DNA of 64,000 nucleotides, taken from positions 14,364 through 78,363 of the forward strand of contig CAZGNO010000004.1 in assembly GCA_964527785.1 (NCBI GenBank), given 5' to 3'. The notes below the pieces were generated by a model, which saw only the letters and a list, made by a program, of their open reading frames with translations, was not told the DNA's origin and did not search any database. Positions 1 through 10,466 of this stretch are shown here, piece by piece. Positions within the stretch are counted from its first letter, which is position 1; each line of letters starts with the position of its first letter. Both the position numbers and the translations under genes were made by a program. This DNA comes from an uncultured Chitinophagaceae bacterium (GTDB lineage: Bacteria; Bacteroidota; Ignavibacteria; Kapaibacteriales; UBA961).

Positions 1-715
1 GCTTTACAGCGTGACTGACTGACCTTGCCAACACTTCAACGCCGTGCCATTCGCCGAATGTTCCGACGAACCCACAGAGGATTTTGTCATTCCATCGCGC
101 CTGAAGTTCAGCTGGAAGTGAACTGAAAAACGCTGGTGAATCAATCGAATCGGTAAATCTTGCGATATCCACACCGTTAGGGTTTACATGAATCTTTGCT
201 TCATCTAAATTAAATAGCCGAACGAGGTCCTGCTTGAGCACTTCGGAAACGACCATAATTGCATCGGCATCATGAAACTGACGTTCTTCACTTCTACGGA
301 GGATTTTATCAAAAAAGAGGTGTGCCCAATTTCGCTTCCACCACCATTCGCTATTATTTGCTTCCAGTATAAGGGGGAGTCCGGCTCGGCTCGCGATTTT
401 GGTAGTTGCGTGAATGAATTCGCTGTGACGCTGGTAAATAAAATCGGGTTTTTCTGCTTGAATAATTGCCGGAAGTTTGCGTTCAAGAATGCGATTGTAA
501 GCAATCGAAGGAATTTCAGGGAAATTGGTAAAAAGCGGGGAATAGGGGATATGATAAAACTTATATCTATCGGCAGCAAATGCCTGTGCCGATGAGGTAA
601 GTGCAACCGTATGTCCAAGCTCTTGTAAGCCATCAAGGAAACCGCCGATATGTGAGAAGGAACCGCCTGTATTGAGCGGTCCGAAAAAATCTGTACGAAG
701 AAAAAGAATGTTCAT
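1..715 (-). CDS. Glycosyltransferase family 4 (GT4), N-terminal part only. The gene starts at 715 and runs off the window start.
   Basis: The ORF track missed this frame. My translation from the ATG (complement of 713-715) gives MNILFLRTDFFGPLNTGGSFSHIGGFLDGLQELGHTV...EANNSEWWWKRNW...CGFVGTFGEWHGVEVLARS, a typical GT4 N-terminal Rossmann domain. The listed ORFs 205..636(-) and 272..595(+) are in the wrong frames. Confidence 0.6.
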   Translation of the reverse strand, partial: MNILFLRTDFFGPLNTGGSFSHIGGFLDGLQELGHTVALTSSAQAFAADRYKFYHIPYSPLFTNFPEIPSIAYNRILERKLPAIIQAEKPDFIYQRHSEFIHATTKIASRAGLPLILEANNSEWWWKRNWAHLFFDKILRRSEERQFHDADAIMVVSEVLKQDLVRLFNLDEAKIHVNPNGVDIARFTDSIDSPAFFSSLPAELQARWNDKILCGFVGTFGEWHGVEVLARSVSHAVK

Positions 716-1066
716 TTGCTATTTTATACTTGGGATGTTTGCGTAGTTCTCTTTGCGATGATTATACTCACATTCAGAAATAAAGGGAAAGCAGTTTTTG
801 AGATTAGTTTCAAGGATTCAAGATAACACCTAATTGACAATTAACAAAACAATAGGAAGGATAGCGAATGTTTTTTGTAAAATTTTAGAAAAACAATCTA
901 AAAATTGCAGTCTGCCCTATTTTCCGAGTAACGGTCACGACATTATCAATTCTTCCAGCATTTACAAGTACTTGTTTTACATTTCCAAAGTTTGATGCCA
1001 ATTCTTAGCTAAGTTTTTCGTATTTTTGCGTTTATGTTCAGTTTATTTTATTATTTCTAAGGATTT

Positions 1067-2908
1067 ATGAGTAGTCAAACTCGCCCCGATATTCGGAATA
1101 TCGCTATCATTGCCCACGTGGATCACGGCAAAACCACCCTTGTTGACCATCTTTTACGCCAATCAGGTACATTTCGTGAAAACCAAGTTGTTGCCGAACG
1201 CATTATGGATTCAAACGACCTTGAACGTGAAAAAGGCATTACAATCATGGCTAAAAATGCCTCCGTTCATTGGAAAGGCACAAAAATTAATATCGTTGAT
1301 ACTCCCGGTCACTCTGATTTTGGTGGTGAAGTTGAGCGTATTTTGAGTATGGTAAGCGGCGTGTTGCTGCTTGTGGATGCTGCCGAAGGACCACTTCCAC
1401 AAACCCGTTTCGTTCTCAAGAAAGCATTGGAATTACACCTCGTTCCAATCGTTGTTATCAATAAAATTGACCGTTCGGATGCCAGACCGGAAGAAGTATT
1501 GGATGAAATTCTTGATCTTTTTATCGCTTTAGGCGCAGACTACGACCAATTGCACTTTCCTGTGATTTATGCGATTTCAAAACAAGGGATTGCAAGACGT
1601 TCACTAGTTGATGATTCAATGACGCTTGCCCCTCTGTTTGAAACAATTATAGATACGATACCCGGTCCGAAATATGATATTGACAGTCCGTTCCAAATGA
1701 TCATTACTGCTCTCGGTTGGAGTGATTATGTTGGGCGTATTGCGATAGGTCGTATTCACTCAGGAAAAGTTCAAGTAGGTGATTCTGTTGCGCTCATTCA
1801 CCTCGACGGCTCGAAAGAGCAGCAAAAAATCACAAAGATGTATTCGTATGAAGGTGTAAATCAAATGCCAATCGAAAACGCGGAGTCAGGTGAGATTATC
1901 GCTCTTTCCGGTTTTGAGAATGTCTATATCAGCGAAACCATTTGCGATGCTACCAATCCCGTTGCACTTCCGTATGTAAATATCGAAGAGCCGACGATTG
2001 CAATGTATTTCTGCGTCAATACTTCGCCCTTCGCCGGACGTGAAGGCAAGCACGTAACTACACCGAAACTCCGTGACCGTCTCTACCGCGAACTTCGTAT
2101 GAACGTTGCCTTGCGTGTGGAAGATACAGACCAAGCCGATGTATTCAAAGTATCCGGTCGTGGTGAGTTGCAGCTAGCAATTCTTATCGAAACGATGCGC
2201 CGTGAGGGTTATGAATTTGCGGTGTCAAAACCGGAAGTTCTTATGAAACGTGACGAAAACGGTACGCTTGTAGAGCCAATCGAGCACGTACTTGTAGATG
2301 TTCCTGATAAGCACGTTGGGACTGTTATCGAAATACTTGGACGACGCAGAGGAGAAATGGTAAACATGACACCGCAAGGTGACATTATCCGTGCAGAGTT
2401 TTATGTTCCGGCTCGCGGATTAATCGGTTTCCGTACAGAGTTCCTAACTTCTACTCGCGGTGAAGGAATCATCCACCATACTTTCCATGATTTCTCACCG
2501 TATAAGGGTGTTATCAGCGGACGTACAAAGGGCTCGATGGTTTCGATGGAAAACGGAACGGCAACAGGATATTCACTCGAAAGCGTGCAAGAACGCGGCA
2601 TTCTATTCATTGATCCGGGTATGGAAATTTACGAAGGAATGGTTGTAGGTGAAAATGCCCGCGAAGAGGATATTCAGGTAAATCCATGTAGAGCAAAACA
2701 TCTTACAAATATGCGTGCTTCGGGTTCTGACGGTATTATTAAATTGGAAACACCGCGTAAAATGAGCTTGGAGCAATATATCGAATTTATCGAAGATGAC
2801 GAACTATTGGAAGTTTCTCCGGTTTCAATTCGAGTCCGCAAGAAAATCCTTGATACGAACCTTCGCCTTCGTGCTCAGAAGAAACAAAAAGCACTTGATG
2901 AAGTTTGA
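1067..2908 (+). CDS. typA: Translational GTPase TypA/BipA
   Basis: N-terminal G-domain AIIAHVDHGKTTLVD, DTPGHSDF and NKIDR motifs, about 610 aa, and the EF-G-like domain order characteristic of BipA. Confidence 0.95.
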   Translation: MSSQTRPDIRNIAIIAHVDHGKTTLVDHLLRQSGTFRENQVVAERIMDSNDLEREKGITIMAKNASVHWKGTKINIVDTPGHSDFGGEVERILSMVSGVLLLVDAAEGPLPQTRFVLKKALELHLVPIVVINKIDRSDARPEEVLDEILDLFIALGADYDQLHFPVIYAISKQGIARRSLVDDSMTLAPLFETIIDTIPGPKYDIDSPFQMIITALGWSDYVGRIAIGRIHSGKVQVGDSVALIHLDGSKEQQKITKMYSYEGVNQMPIENAESGEIIALSGFENVYISETICDATNPVALPYVNIEEPTIAMYFCVNTSPFAGREGKHVTTPKLRDRLYRELRMNVALRVEDTDQADVFKVSGRGELQLAILIETMRREGYEFAVSKPEVLMKRDENGTLVEPIEHVLVDVPDKHVGTVIEILGRRRGEMVNMTPQGDIIRAEFYVPARGLIGFRTEFLTSTRGEGIIHHTFHDFSPYKGVISGRTKGSMVSMENGTATGYSLESVQERGILFIDPGMEIYEGMVVGENAREEDIQVNPCRAKHLTNMRASGSDGIIKLETPRKMSLEQYIEFIEDDELLEVSPVSIRVRKKILDTNLRLRAQKKQKALDEV

Positions 2909-2937
2909 TGTGTTTTGAGTGTTTGTGAAATGAGAAT

Positions 2938-2974
2938 GGACGGTAACATTAGATTGTTGCCGTCCGTTTTTTTA
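2938..2974 (+). terminator. Rho-independent terminator of typA
   Basis: Hairpin ggacggtaaca-ttagat-tgttgccgtcc (one G-U pair) followed by gttttttta, directly after the typA stop codon. Confidence 0.75.
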
Positions 2975-3004
2975 TCTAATCTCCTCTGCATCTTTGAATT
3001 TATT

Positions 3005-3205
3005 TTTTAACGCAAAGTGCGCAAAGGTTCGCAAATGGAACGCAAAGGTTTTCAGCTCCGGTAGAAGCGGCATAGAAATAGTATAGGCACACAACCAAAA
3101 CGTCAAGCTCCCGTAGGAGCGGCATAGCAATAGAATATGTATCAACCCATAATTCAAACTCCATTGGAGCGATATATTCTTAATGTCGTTCCGATGGAGC
3201 TTAGT
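3005..3205. repeat. Degenerate tandem repeat array with a period of about 52 bp, preceded by a 4x cgcaaagg micro-repeat
   Basis: The units agctccggtagaagcggcatagaaatag... (3055-3106) and agctcccgtaggagcggcatagcaatag... (3107-3158) share about 25 of 28 positions at their 5' ends and then diverge. A third, decayed unit contains ctccattggag. Each unit carries a small gctccNNNNggagc-type palindrome. Confidence 0.55.
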
Positions 3206-3310
3206 TGTTTTCTGGTTTTTTATTTCTATTACTATCAGTCCACTATGGGGAAATTGAAAGAAATATTGTTTCTAAATCAAATTATGCTGAATATGCAGTA
3301 ATCCAATCTA

Positions 3311-3892
3311 TCATCTGGTATGCTTGCTATACCTATACATTATAGACATTTTAGAGACATATTCCCTTAAATATGCAATATTTGCAAGTTGCGAACCTTG
3401 GCTTTCGAACTGAAGAGTCAAGTAACAATCTACTGCTGCCGGCTTATCGCCAAACACTTGTTTCAGTCCTGCTTCAGTGCCTCCGTTATAGGTTTTACCG
3501 GCATTATACAAGGTTACCTGTGCTGAAGGAAAAAGTGCACTCCAGTTTACCTCTCCACTTACTTTAAGCGATGGTGGAGGATCCTTTGTAAGGAGAGCAA
3601 AAAAATCTACTTTTAAATGTTCTTTGGTGCAAATATTCGCTTGAGTTTGATATATAATGAACCTGATTGTATCTCCGTAATCTTGGTAAAAAACTGTATT
3701 TCCTGCAGGAAGGGGGTAGTTTGCCTTTTCAATCTCTATCCCACCATCTAACGTAATTTTATGTTCAACATATTCTGTTCCTGCATCACAAGCACCGTCA
3801 CTCAATTCATAATCATCCGGATTGTCACATGAGGCAAGCCCCATAATTACTGAACATATAATCAACAGACAGAATGTAGAAAATAACTTCAT
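3311..3892 (-). CDS. Hypothetical lipoprotein
   Basis: Signal peptide followed by a lipobox (..MGLASC|DNP). No recognisable catalytic motif. Confidence 0.55.
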   Translation of the reverse strand: MKLFSTFCLLIICSVIMGLASCDNPDDYELSDGACDAGTEYVEHKITLDGGIEIEKANYPLPAGNTVFYQDYGDTIRFIIYQTQANICTKEHLKVDFFALLTKDPPPSLKVSGEVNWSALFPSAQVTLYNAGKTYNGGTEAGLKQVFGDKPAAVDCYLTLQFESQGSQLANIAYLREYVSKMSIMYRYSKHTR

Positions 3893-4063
3893 CGAAAACC
3901 TCCGTTTTGTAAATGAATTGATAATTTAAGACTATCTTTATTTACGATTTAATCTAACCATACATATAGCATTGATATTATAAAAACAATATTACAATTT
4001 TTCTTGAAGCTTTCCAAGTTAATTACAACTACATAAGAAGTATATTTCATGGAACCTTACCTC

Positions 4064-4666
4064 TCATCCCACAAACCGCAACGCTTTCTTAATAAGCTGG
4101 TCAGCCGTTACAGATTCGGAGTTCAGTTCAGCCGCCGCACTGCGGATAGCTTTCTCAGCAATCAACTTATTATACCCTAGTGAAAGCAGGGCAGCAAGAG
4201 CGTCCTGCTGGACAAGTTTTTGTACACCTATAAACGAAATACCGACGTTTTCTTCAAGAGGGAGCTTACCTATTTTATCACGTAGTTCTACTATTATTCG
4301 CTCGGCGGTTTTTTTGCCAATGCCGGGCATTTTTTGGAGAGCTATAAGGTTATTGCGAAGGATATAATCGCGGAGTTCAAAGAGGGTAATGGATGATAGA
4401 ATGGCAAGTGCACTTTTTGCACCGATACCTGAAATGGAAGTAATCATCAGGAATGCCTCACGCTCGGCTACCGTGGAAAAACCATAGAGGTTTAATGCGT
4501 CTTCTCTGGGGATTAAAAGAGTATAGATACGGGCTTTGGTGTTGAGTTCGGGAAGTTGTTCGTGAGTAGCAAGTGAGATTGATACTTGATACCCCACGCC
4601 CCCACAATCAATAACGATTTCGGTAGGTCTTTTTTCGATGAGCGTTCCGCTTAGCTGTGCTATCAT
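4064..4666 (-). CDS. ruvA: Holliday junction branch-migration protein RuvA
   Basis: The N-terminus MIAQLSGTL..VIDCGGVGYQVSIS is classic RuvA domain I, the HhH motifs GIGKKTAERI are present, and the length is 200 aa. Confidence 0.9.
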   Translation of the reverse strand: MIAQLSGTLIEKRPTEIVIDCGGVGYQVSISLATHEQLPELNTKARIYTLLIPREDALNLYGFSTVAEREAFLMITSISGIGAKSALAILSSITLFELRDYILRNNLIALQKMPGIGKKTAERIIVELRDKIGKLPLEENVGISFIGVQKLVQQDALAALLSLGYNKLIAEKAIRSAAAELNSESVTADQLIKKALRFVG

Positions 4667-4680
4667 TTATGTTCTATTGT

Positions 4681-5513
4681 TTAAGTTTTTTTAATTGACG
4701 AATTTGCTGTAAGAGATTTCAGCTGCCGAATGGCTATGGTATTGAGTTTAAGCACCCGTTCACTTTGCGGTAAATTCATGCGTATAAATTCAGCATTCAT
4801 ACTTTCCAAATTCGCCAGTACCAACAGTTGCTCTATACTGCCGTAATCTCTGATATTCCCTTCTTTATCAGGGTTTTCTTTCCGCCATTGCGATGCCGTT
4901 TTTCCAAACAATGCCACATTCAGAACATCAGCTTCACTTGCATAGATATACTGTTCTTGCTCTTTTGTAATATGCTGAGGGATAATATTTTCTTTAATTG
5001 CGTCCGTATGTACTTTATAATTCAGCTTGGCTAATGTTCGATTCAAATTCCATTCCAACGATAATCTGTGGTTTTCATCCTCTTTGAGCCGTTGAAATTC
5101 TTTGATGAGATAGACCTTAAATTCGGCACTAATCCACATCCCGAATTCAAATGCAATATCCTTGTGCGCATACGTACCGCCATATCTGCCTGTAGTTGCC
5201 CGTAGTCCGATTGCATTTGTCTTCTCCACCCAATCTTTTACGCTTAGTTTGTAATTGTTCAATCCGGCAAGACTTTTAATTGTGTCAAATTCGCCATAAT
5301 TAAAAGCTGGATTGTGAACACTTTCCTAAATCCCAAGAAATTCAACAGTATTTCTATTCAGAAGCCAGTCAGAAATGAAAAAATCTCCGTCTTTTGCCTT
5401 CAACATATCAGTTAAAGATATAAAATCATCGTCCTTTTTACTAAGACCTTTTTACTAAGAATAGTAATGACAGTTCCCTGAACATTAATAGTTGACTTCT
5501 TCTCTTTTTGCAT
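4681..5513 (-). pseudogene. KilA-N domain protein gene disrupted by a 14-bp tandem duplication (frameshift) and an in-frame amber codon
   Basis: The ORF 4681..5262 encodes the C-terminal two-thirds of the widespread Bacteroidota KilA-N protein (..GRYGGTYAHKDIAFEFGMWISAEFKVYLIKEFQRL..). Upstream at ATG 5513 the frame reads MQKEKKSTINVQGTVITILSKK. An exact tandem copy of cctttttactaaga (5433-5446 and 5447-5460) then shifts the frame. The codon expected to encode the conserved Trp of ..EFLG(L/I)W.. is TAG (complement of 5326-5328). Confidence 0.7.
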
Positions 5514-5730
5514 AACAAATGTAATAAGTATTGAATATCAAGTTGGTGTAAATACTATAAGCATTATACTTAAAATCAAATATACTGAAATTTTCTTGCA
5601 AGAATGATAATTATAAATAGAGCGCGACAATCCAACTTTTTACACCATTCAATCGTCTTTATATAAATATCCTATTGCTGATGTTTGCTTACACTTTTCT
5701 TTGCCGGGTATCCTCCCTCACTTTTTCAGC

Positions 5731-8151
5731 ATGAAATATCTCTTTATTCTTTTCTTGTGGTGCTTTCCGGTGATTATCTTGGCGCAACAGAGCGGCAGCA
5801 GCACCATTATCCGGGGTCAAATTACCGACGCTGAAACAAATGAGCCGATACGTTTTGCAACCATTAGAGTAGAAGAAACACCAAAGGGTGCAATGAGCAG
5901 CATAGGTGGAAAATTTCTAGTGAAGATTCCACCCGGAATGCAAAGAGACAGCTTCTTGCTCAAGTTTTCGATGGTCGGATATCGCACCGAACGGCGCACT
6001 ATAAAGCGAACAAATGATACACTTCACATTAATTTAGCTCTCCGTCCTGCTCCATCACAAACAATGGAAGTGGTGGTTTCAGCAGAAGACCCGGGTATCA
6101 AACTGATGCGAAACGTTCTGAAACGTAAACAAGAACAGCGCGATTCACTAAGTACATACACATACAAACTCTACACAAAATTCCTTGCAAGTACTGACAC
6201 TATAACTGCTTCCCGTGCCGACAGTCGCGCCGATACTACTATCATTGCCATTTTTGAATCCTATTCCAACGGATATTTTGCGAAGCCCGATAAGTACTTC
6301 AACGAAATTACTCAACGCCGACAAACAGCGAATGTCCCCCCCGAAGCAAATTTTGTAGCATTCGGCACAAATATCAATGCGTATGATGATTATGTAGGGC
6401 TGCTGAGTGAGAAAATTGCTACCCCGTTTCACCCCGATGCACTTGATTATTACGATTTTGTTCTCGAACGGCAGATTGAGGGGGATTCGCTCACAATCAG
6501 CCGTGTACGTGTACATCCCAAAGGTGACCGCAAACTCTTTTCGGGTACTGTGGATATTGACGCTCGGAAGTTCATACCACTTTCAGTAGAATTAACTCCA
6601 AATCGTGCAGTACAATTACCATTTGATGCCCGTCTTAGGTTCGACCAAAAATTTGAAGAAATAGGACGTTTCGTACTCCCTACCGGCCTGCATATTTTCT
6701 CTACACTCGAAGCGGCATTTTTGTGGATACTCGCACCGCGTTTGGATATTACTATCGAGACCGTAGCGTATGATTATGAACTCAATATCCCCGTAAACGA
6801 TGATTTGTTTTCCAAACGCCGTGTGGAGGCAAGTTCGACTGCAGAAGTATTTGATTCGACTGTGTGGATTGATAATCCTGTACTGCCGCTACGAACACAG
6901 GAAGCAGATGCCTACCTTAGTATTCAACACAACAGGGACAATGCAGATTCAGCAATCGGCACGAATTTGATTGACCGAACTTTTGGTGTGTTCGCTCGGA
7001 CTGCAGTGCGCCTAGGGCAGCGTCCTTTTACCGGCTTTGAAGATATTTTCCGTTATAATCGGGTACAGGGGGCATATCTGGGAATTGGGCTTCGAGATGA
7101 CTTATCAACGTTCATTCATTGGACTGCAAAAGTGGGCTATAGTTTTGCAGATAAACGTCTGTCGGGTGAATTGATGCTTAGGAAAGGATTTGGCGATGCA
7201 CAGCTTTTTTCAGTGGAGGCAACACTGTTCAGGCGGCTGACGCGGCGGGACAATCCCTACATTGTTACTTCGAACGGCATTACTCCTACAGCACTTTTAT
7301 TCAAGACTGATTATGGTGACTATTACTATGCAAATGGAGTTGAGGCGGCTGTTGAAATCAGCTTCGGGCAATTGAAGTTTATCCGGCGGGATATTTTTGC
7401 GCGCCCCCGTGTATTTAGGGTCTTTGCACGCAGTGAGTACGAGCTGTCCGCGCCAAAGCAAACAGATTTTGCCGTATTCGGCGATACTTTTCGTGATAAC
7501 CCGCTTATAATGGACGGAATGATGCGTTCATTCGGCGCAGAAATCCGTTGGGACTACCATCCTCAACGGCGGATTAGTACATTCGGGTTTAATATCTATA
7601 CTGAGATTTCCAATCCACAGATTATGCCGAGTGATTTTTCTTTTGAGCACTATCACGGCTCGCTCCAGTTACGCACGCCTACGCTGCCTCTATGGTTGCT
7701 AGACCTACGGTTCTCCGGCGGGTATTCCAGAGGAAATGTACCGCCGCAGAGATTTTTCAGTCTGGAATCTTCTACAACGTATATAGCAGCCGAGAGTGTG
7801 TTTCGCGGAATGAGAGCAAAGGAATTTTACGGGGACAGTTATGCAGCAATTTCAATGGAGCATAATTTTGGCGAAGTGATACCCGGTGTATTACGAATAC
7901 CAAATATTGCATCATTCGGCATTGAGTTCATTGCAATTGTAGGTGTGGGATGGACGCAGTTTTCATCACAAACCCTCAAGTTTACAAATACAAAACTTCC
8001 ATCTACATCTGCTACGGCGGATGGCTGGTATTATGAGGCAGGGATAGGGTTTAATAAAATTGCATTGTTCCTGAGATGCGATATTTCTGCCCGGTTTTCA
8101 CAGCGGAATACTCCTGTGTTCGGGCTTACGATTTCGGGTGCTACGTATTGA
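5731..8151 (+). CDS. Outer-membrane protein with an N-terminal carboxypeptidase-regulatory-like (CarbopepD_reg) domain, DUF5686-like
   Basis: A signal peptide is followed by AQQSGSSTIIRGQITDAETNEPIRFATIRVEETP..GGKFLVKIPPG (Cna-B/CarbopepD_reg fold). The roughly 800-aa beta-rich remainder ends in an aromatic residue. The likely start is ATG 5731 (MKYLF), not the TTG at 5701. Confidence 0.6.
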   Translation: MKYLFILFLWCFPVIILAQQSGSSTIIRGQITDAETNEPIRFATIRVEETPKGAMSSIGGKFLVKIPPGMQRDSFLLKFSMVGYRTERRTIKRTNDTLHINLALRPAPSQTMEVVVSAEDPGIKLMRNVLKRKQEQRDSLSTYTYKLYTKFLASTDTITASRADSRADTTIIAIFESYSNGYFAKPDKYFNEITQRRQTANVPPEANFVAFGTNINAYDDYVGLLSEKIATPFHPDALDYYDFVLERQIEGDSLTISRVRVHPKGDRKLFSGTVDIDARKFIPLSVELTPNRAVQLPFDARLRFDQKFEEIGRFVLPTGLHIFSTLEAAFLWILAPRLDITIETVAYDYELNIPVNDDLFSKRRVEASSTAEVFDSTVWIDNPVLPLRTQEADAYLSIQHNRDNADSAIGTNLIDRTFGVFARTAVRLGQRPFTGFEDIFRYNRVQGAYLGIGLRDDLSTFIHWTAKVGYSFADKRLSGELMLRKGFGDAQLFSVEATLFRRLTRRDNPYIVTSNGITPTALLFKTDYGDYYYANGVEAAVEISFGQLKFIRRDIFARPRVFRVFARSEYELSAPKQTDFAVFGDTFRDNPLIMDGMMRSFGAEIRWDYHPQRRISTFGFNIYTEISNPQIMPSDFSFEHYHGSLQLRTPTLPLWLLDLRFSGGYSRGNVPPQRFFSLESSTTYIAAESVFRGMRAKEFYGDSYAAISMEHNFGEVIPGVLRIPNIASFGIEFIAIVGVGWTQFSSQTLKFTNTKLPSTSATADGWYYEAGIGFNKIALFLRCDISARFSQRNTPVFGLTISGATY

Positions 8152-8176
8152 TTATGTTTCAATTCTAACAGTATTC

Positions 8177-10030
8177 TCACCACGCCAGCGCAATTCTATA
8201 CACCAAAAAACTAAGTCCATACGCCAGTATAAACGTATATCCGAATGCAAAGCCCGCCCATTTCCATGATCCGGTTTCACGCTTCAATACAGCAAGTGTT
8301 GAAATGCATTGCAAGGCATAGACATAAAACGCCAAGACTGCAAGTGCAGTAGGCAAGCCGATTGCGTGAGAAAGAATTTCTCTAAGCGGTGCGTCTGATA
8401 CACTCACATCCGCACTGTAGAGCTGTCCCATGACGGAGATAAATACCTCTCGTGCAGCAAAACTGCCAATAACGCCAATTGTAAGTTTCCAGTCAAAACC
8501 AAGAGGTGCGAATATCGGTTGGATACCTTTTCCCAGTATGCCGGCAAATGAATTCTCAAGTTGCATTCGCGATGCCTCGATTTCTGTAGTTCCGGTCGGA
8601 ATATCAGTTCTCGGAAACTCAGTCAATGCCCACAATATCACCGACAGCACGAGTATAATTCCCCCGGCAGTCCGTAAGAATTCCCTAGAGCGATTCCATA
8701 CCGTCACAAACAAACTTTTGAGCGACGGCATTCTATAGGGTGGGAATTCTATCAGAAACGGCAGTTTAGACCCGCGAAACATTGTTCGCTTGAATACTCC
8801 TGCTATTAACAAACCTGATACAGCTGCCAAAACATACAACCCACCAAGTACCATTCCCTGTAATGAAAAAACACCACCGATAAGCTGGGCAGGAACAAAT
8901 GCACTGATAAGCAGTGCATACACCGGAAGCCGTGCAGAACAGGTCATAAGTGGTGCAACGAGCATCGTAGCCATGCGTTCTTTTTCCGAGGGAATTATCC
9001 TTGCCGACATAATCCCCGGTATCGCACAGGCAAACGAACCAAGAAGCGGAATAAACGACCGCCCCTGCAACCCAAATACCCCCATCACCCTATCAACCAA
9101 AAATGCTGCTCTGGATAAGTAGCCGCAGTCTTCCAAGATAACAATAAATAGATTCAACAAAAGGATTTGCGGCAGGAATATTAATACCGAACCGACCCCG
9201 CCAATCAAACCTTTTGTGATAAAACTGCGGAGGAGTCCTTCGGGCAAGCTATTGCCGATAATCTCTTGTAGAAATCCGAAACTTCCATCAATTCCATCCA
9301 TCAGGGGCTTTGCCCATGTAAAGATAGACTGAAAAAAAAGTGCCATTACCACTAAAAATACAACCGGACCAAGAATCGGATGGAGAAAAATCTTATCCAA
9401 AAGCTCGGACCGTCTGTCTTTATAGCTGATATTGATAACGCGGTGTGCAAGTTCGCGTGCTGCTGCATATCGTTCGTGGTGTGAATTTGGCGATTCACTC
9501 CATTTTTTGGGGATAGAAAATTCAGAAAGTCGCGTAAACTGATCAGTCAGTTCATCTACACCAATTCCTTTATGACCTACCACACTCAGAACTGGAACGC
9601 CAAGTTCACGTTCCAGAGTAATGTCATCAAGCGCGCCGCCTTGAGCTTTGATTGCGTCAATCATCGTAACGACTACGATGGTTGGCAACCCCAATTCTGC
9701 GAAGTGAGAAAAAAGGAAAAGCCCCTTTTCAATGTTTGTCCCGTCAATAATAAATACAACTGTATTAGGTTTGGGGAGAGTGTGGTCACGACCTTCCAGA
9801 ACTGCCAACGTGAGTTCTTCATCTCGTGATTTTGGAGATAAGCTGTATGTTCCGGGGAGATCTATCAGGCGGAAGTTCGAGCCGTTTATGGTGATATTAC
9901 CGATGCCTGCTTCTACGGTTACACCGGGGAAATTTCCGACCTTTTGGCGGAGCCCCGTGAGAACGTTAAAAAGCGTAGATTTGCCGCTATTTGGAGTGCC
10001 TACAAATGCAATGGTGACTGGGGTTGTCAT
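8177..10030 (-). CDS. feoB: Ferrous iron transporter FeoB
   Basis: N-terminal G-domain IAFVGTPNSGKSTLFNVLTG..GNFPGVTVE followed by a polytopic membrane domain, 617 aa. Confidence 0.95.
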   Translation of the reverse strand: MTTPVTIAFVGTPNSGKSTLFNVLTGLRQKVGNFPGVTVEAGIGNITINGSNFRLIDLPGTYSLSPKSRDEELTLAVLEGRDHTLPKPNTVVFIIDGTNIEKGLFLFSHFAELGLPTIVVVTMIDAIKAQGGALDDITLERELGVPVLSVVGHKGIGVDELTDQFTRLSEFSIPKKWSESPNSHHERYAAARELAHRVINISYKDRRSELLDKIFLHPILGPVVFLVVMALFFQSIFTWAKPLMDGIDGSFGFLQEIIGNSLPEGLLRSFITKGLIGGVGSVLIFLPQILLLNLFIVILEDCGYLSRAAFLVDRVMGVFGLQGRSFIPLLGSFACAIPGIMSARIIPSEKERMATMLVAPLMTCSARLPVYALLISAFVPAQLIGGVFSLQGMVLGGLYVLAAVSGLLIAGVFKRTMFRGSKLPFLIEFPPYRMPSLKSLFVTVWNRSREFLRTAGGIILVLSVILWALTEFPRTDIPTGTTEIEASRMQLENSFAGILGKGIQPIFAPLGFDWKLTIGVIGSFAAREVFISVMGQLYSADVSVSDAPLREILSHAIGLPTALAVLAFYVYALQCISTLAVLKRETGSWKWAGFAFGYTFILAYGLSFLVYRIALAW

Positions 10031-10049
10031 TCTTTTGGTTAGAGAACTC

Positions 10050-10283
10050 TTAGCCGATTTGCTTGACTAATATCGCTGCGCCTTCACTTGGGCGGACAGC
10101 CAATCGCGAAGAATGTCCGTAGGTTATTTCGAGTGGTCCTTTGAATGGAGCACGGCGAATAATTTTTAGTGTTGTTCCCGGTGTAAGTCCTAACTCTTGA
10201 AGCCGTTCTGTAAAATCATTTACTATCCCAAAACCAACAATAATAGCCAAAGCACCAATCGGAAGTTCTGCTATATTAATCAT
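10050..10283 (-). CDS. feoA: FeoA family iron-transport accessory protein
   Basis: A 77-aa SH3-like FeoA domain (L..LG..PGT.L.I...P..GPLEI) lies immediately upstream of feoB on the same strand. Confidence 0.8.
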   Translation of the reverse strand: MINIAELPIGALAIIVGFGIVNDFTERLQELGLTPGTTLKIIRRAPFKGPLEITYGHSSRLAVRPSEGAAILVKQIG

Positions 10284-10395
10284 TATAAAGGTAGAAAAGA
10301 GTGAGTATCACAGAAGAATAATCCCTTATTTATACCAAATCTACATAAAAACAAGGAAATGGCAAAGGAAAATCAATCCCGATAACGTTTACAGA

Positions 10396-10433
10396 TATAA
10401 AAAACCGCCGTACTTCTGGAAAGCGCGGCGGTT
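10396..10433 (-). terminator. Rho-independent terminator of purH
   Basis: On the minus strand: aaccgccgcgctttccagaagtacggcggtt followed by ttttttat. Confidence 0.7.
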
Positions 10434-10466
10434 GTATTTGCAATAAGCGTGAACTTTTTTGTAAGT

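Noticed and set aside
205-636. Listed ORFs 205..636(-) and 272..595(+)
   Set aside because: Their translations are not protein-like. The third minus-strand frame encodes a clean GT4 glycosyltransferase N-terminus starting at 715 and running off the window, which the track omitted.
3005-3205. Possible CRISPR array downstream of typA
   Set aside because: Repeat units are only partly conserved (about 25 of 28 positions at one end, with the rest diverged). The arrangement has no regular repeat-spacer periodicity with identical repeats, and no cas genes are nearby.
5701-5730. TTG start at 5701 for the DUF5686-like protein
   Set aside because: ATG 5731 gives a canonical signal peptide (MKYLFILFLWCFPVIILAQQ). 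The extra 10 residues (MPGILPHFFS) are not signal-like.
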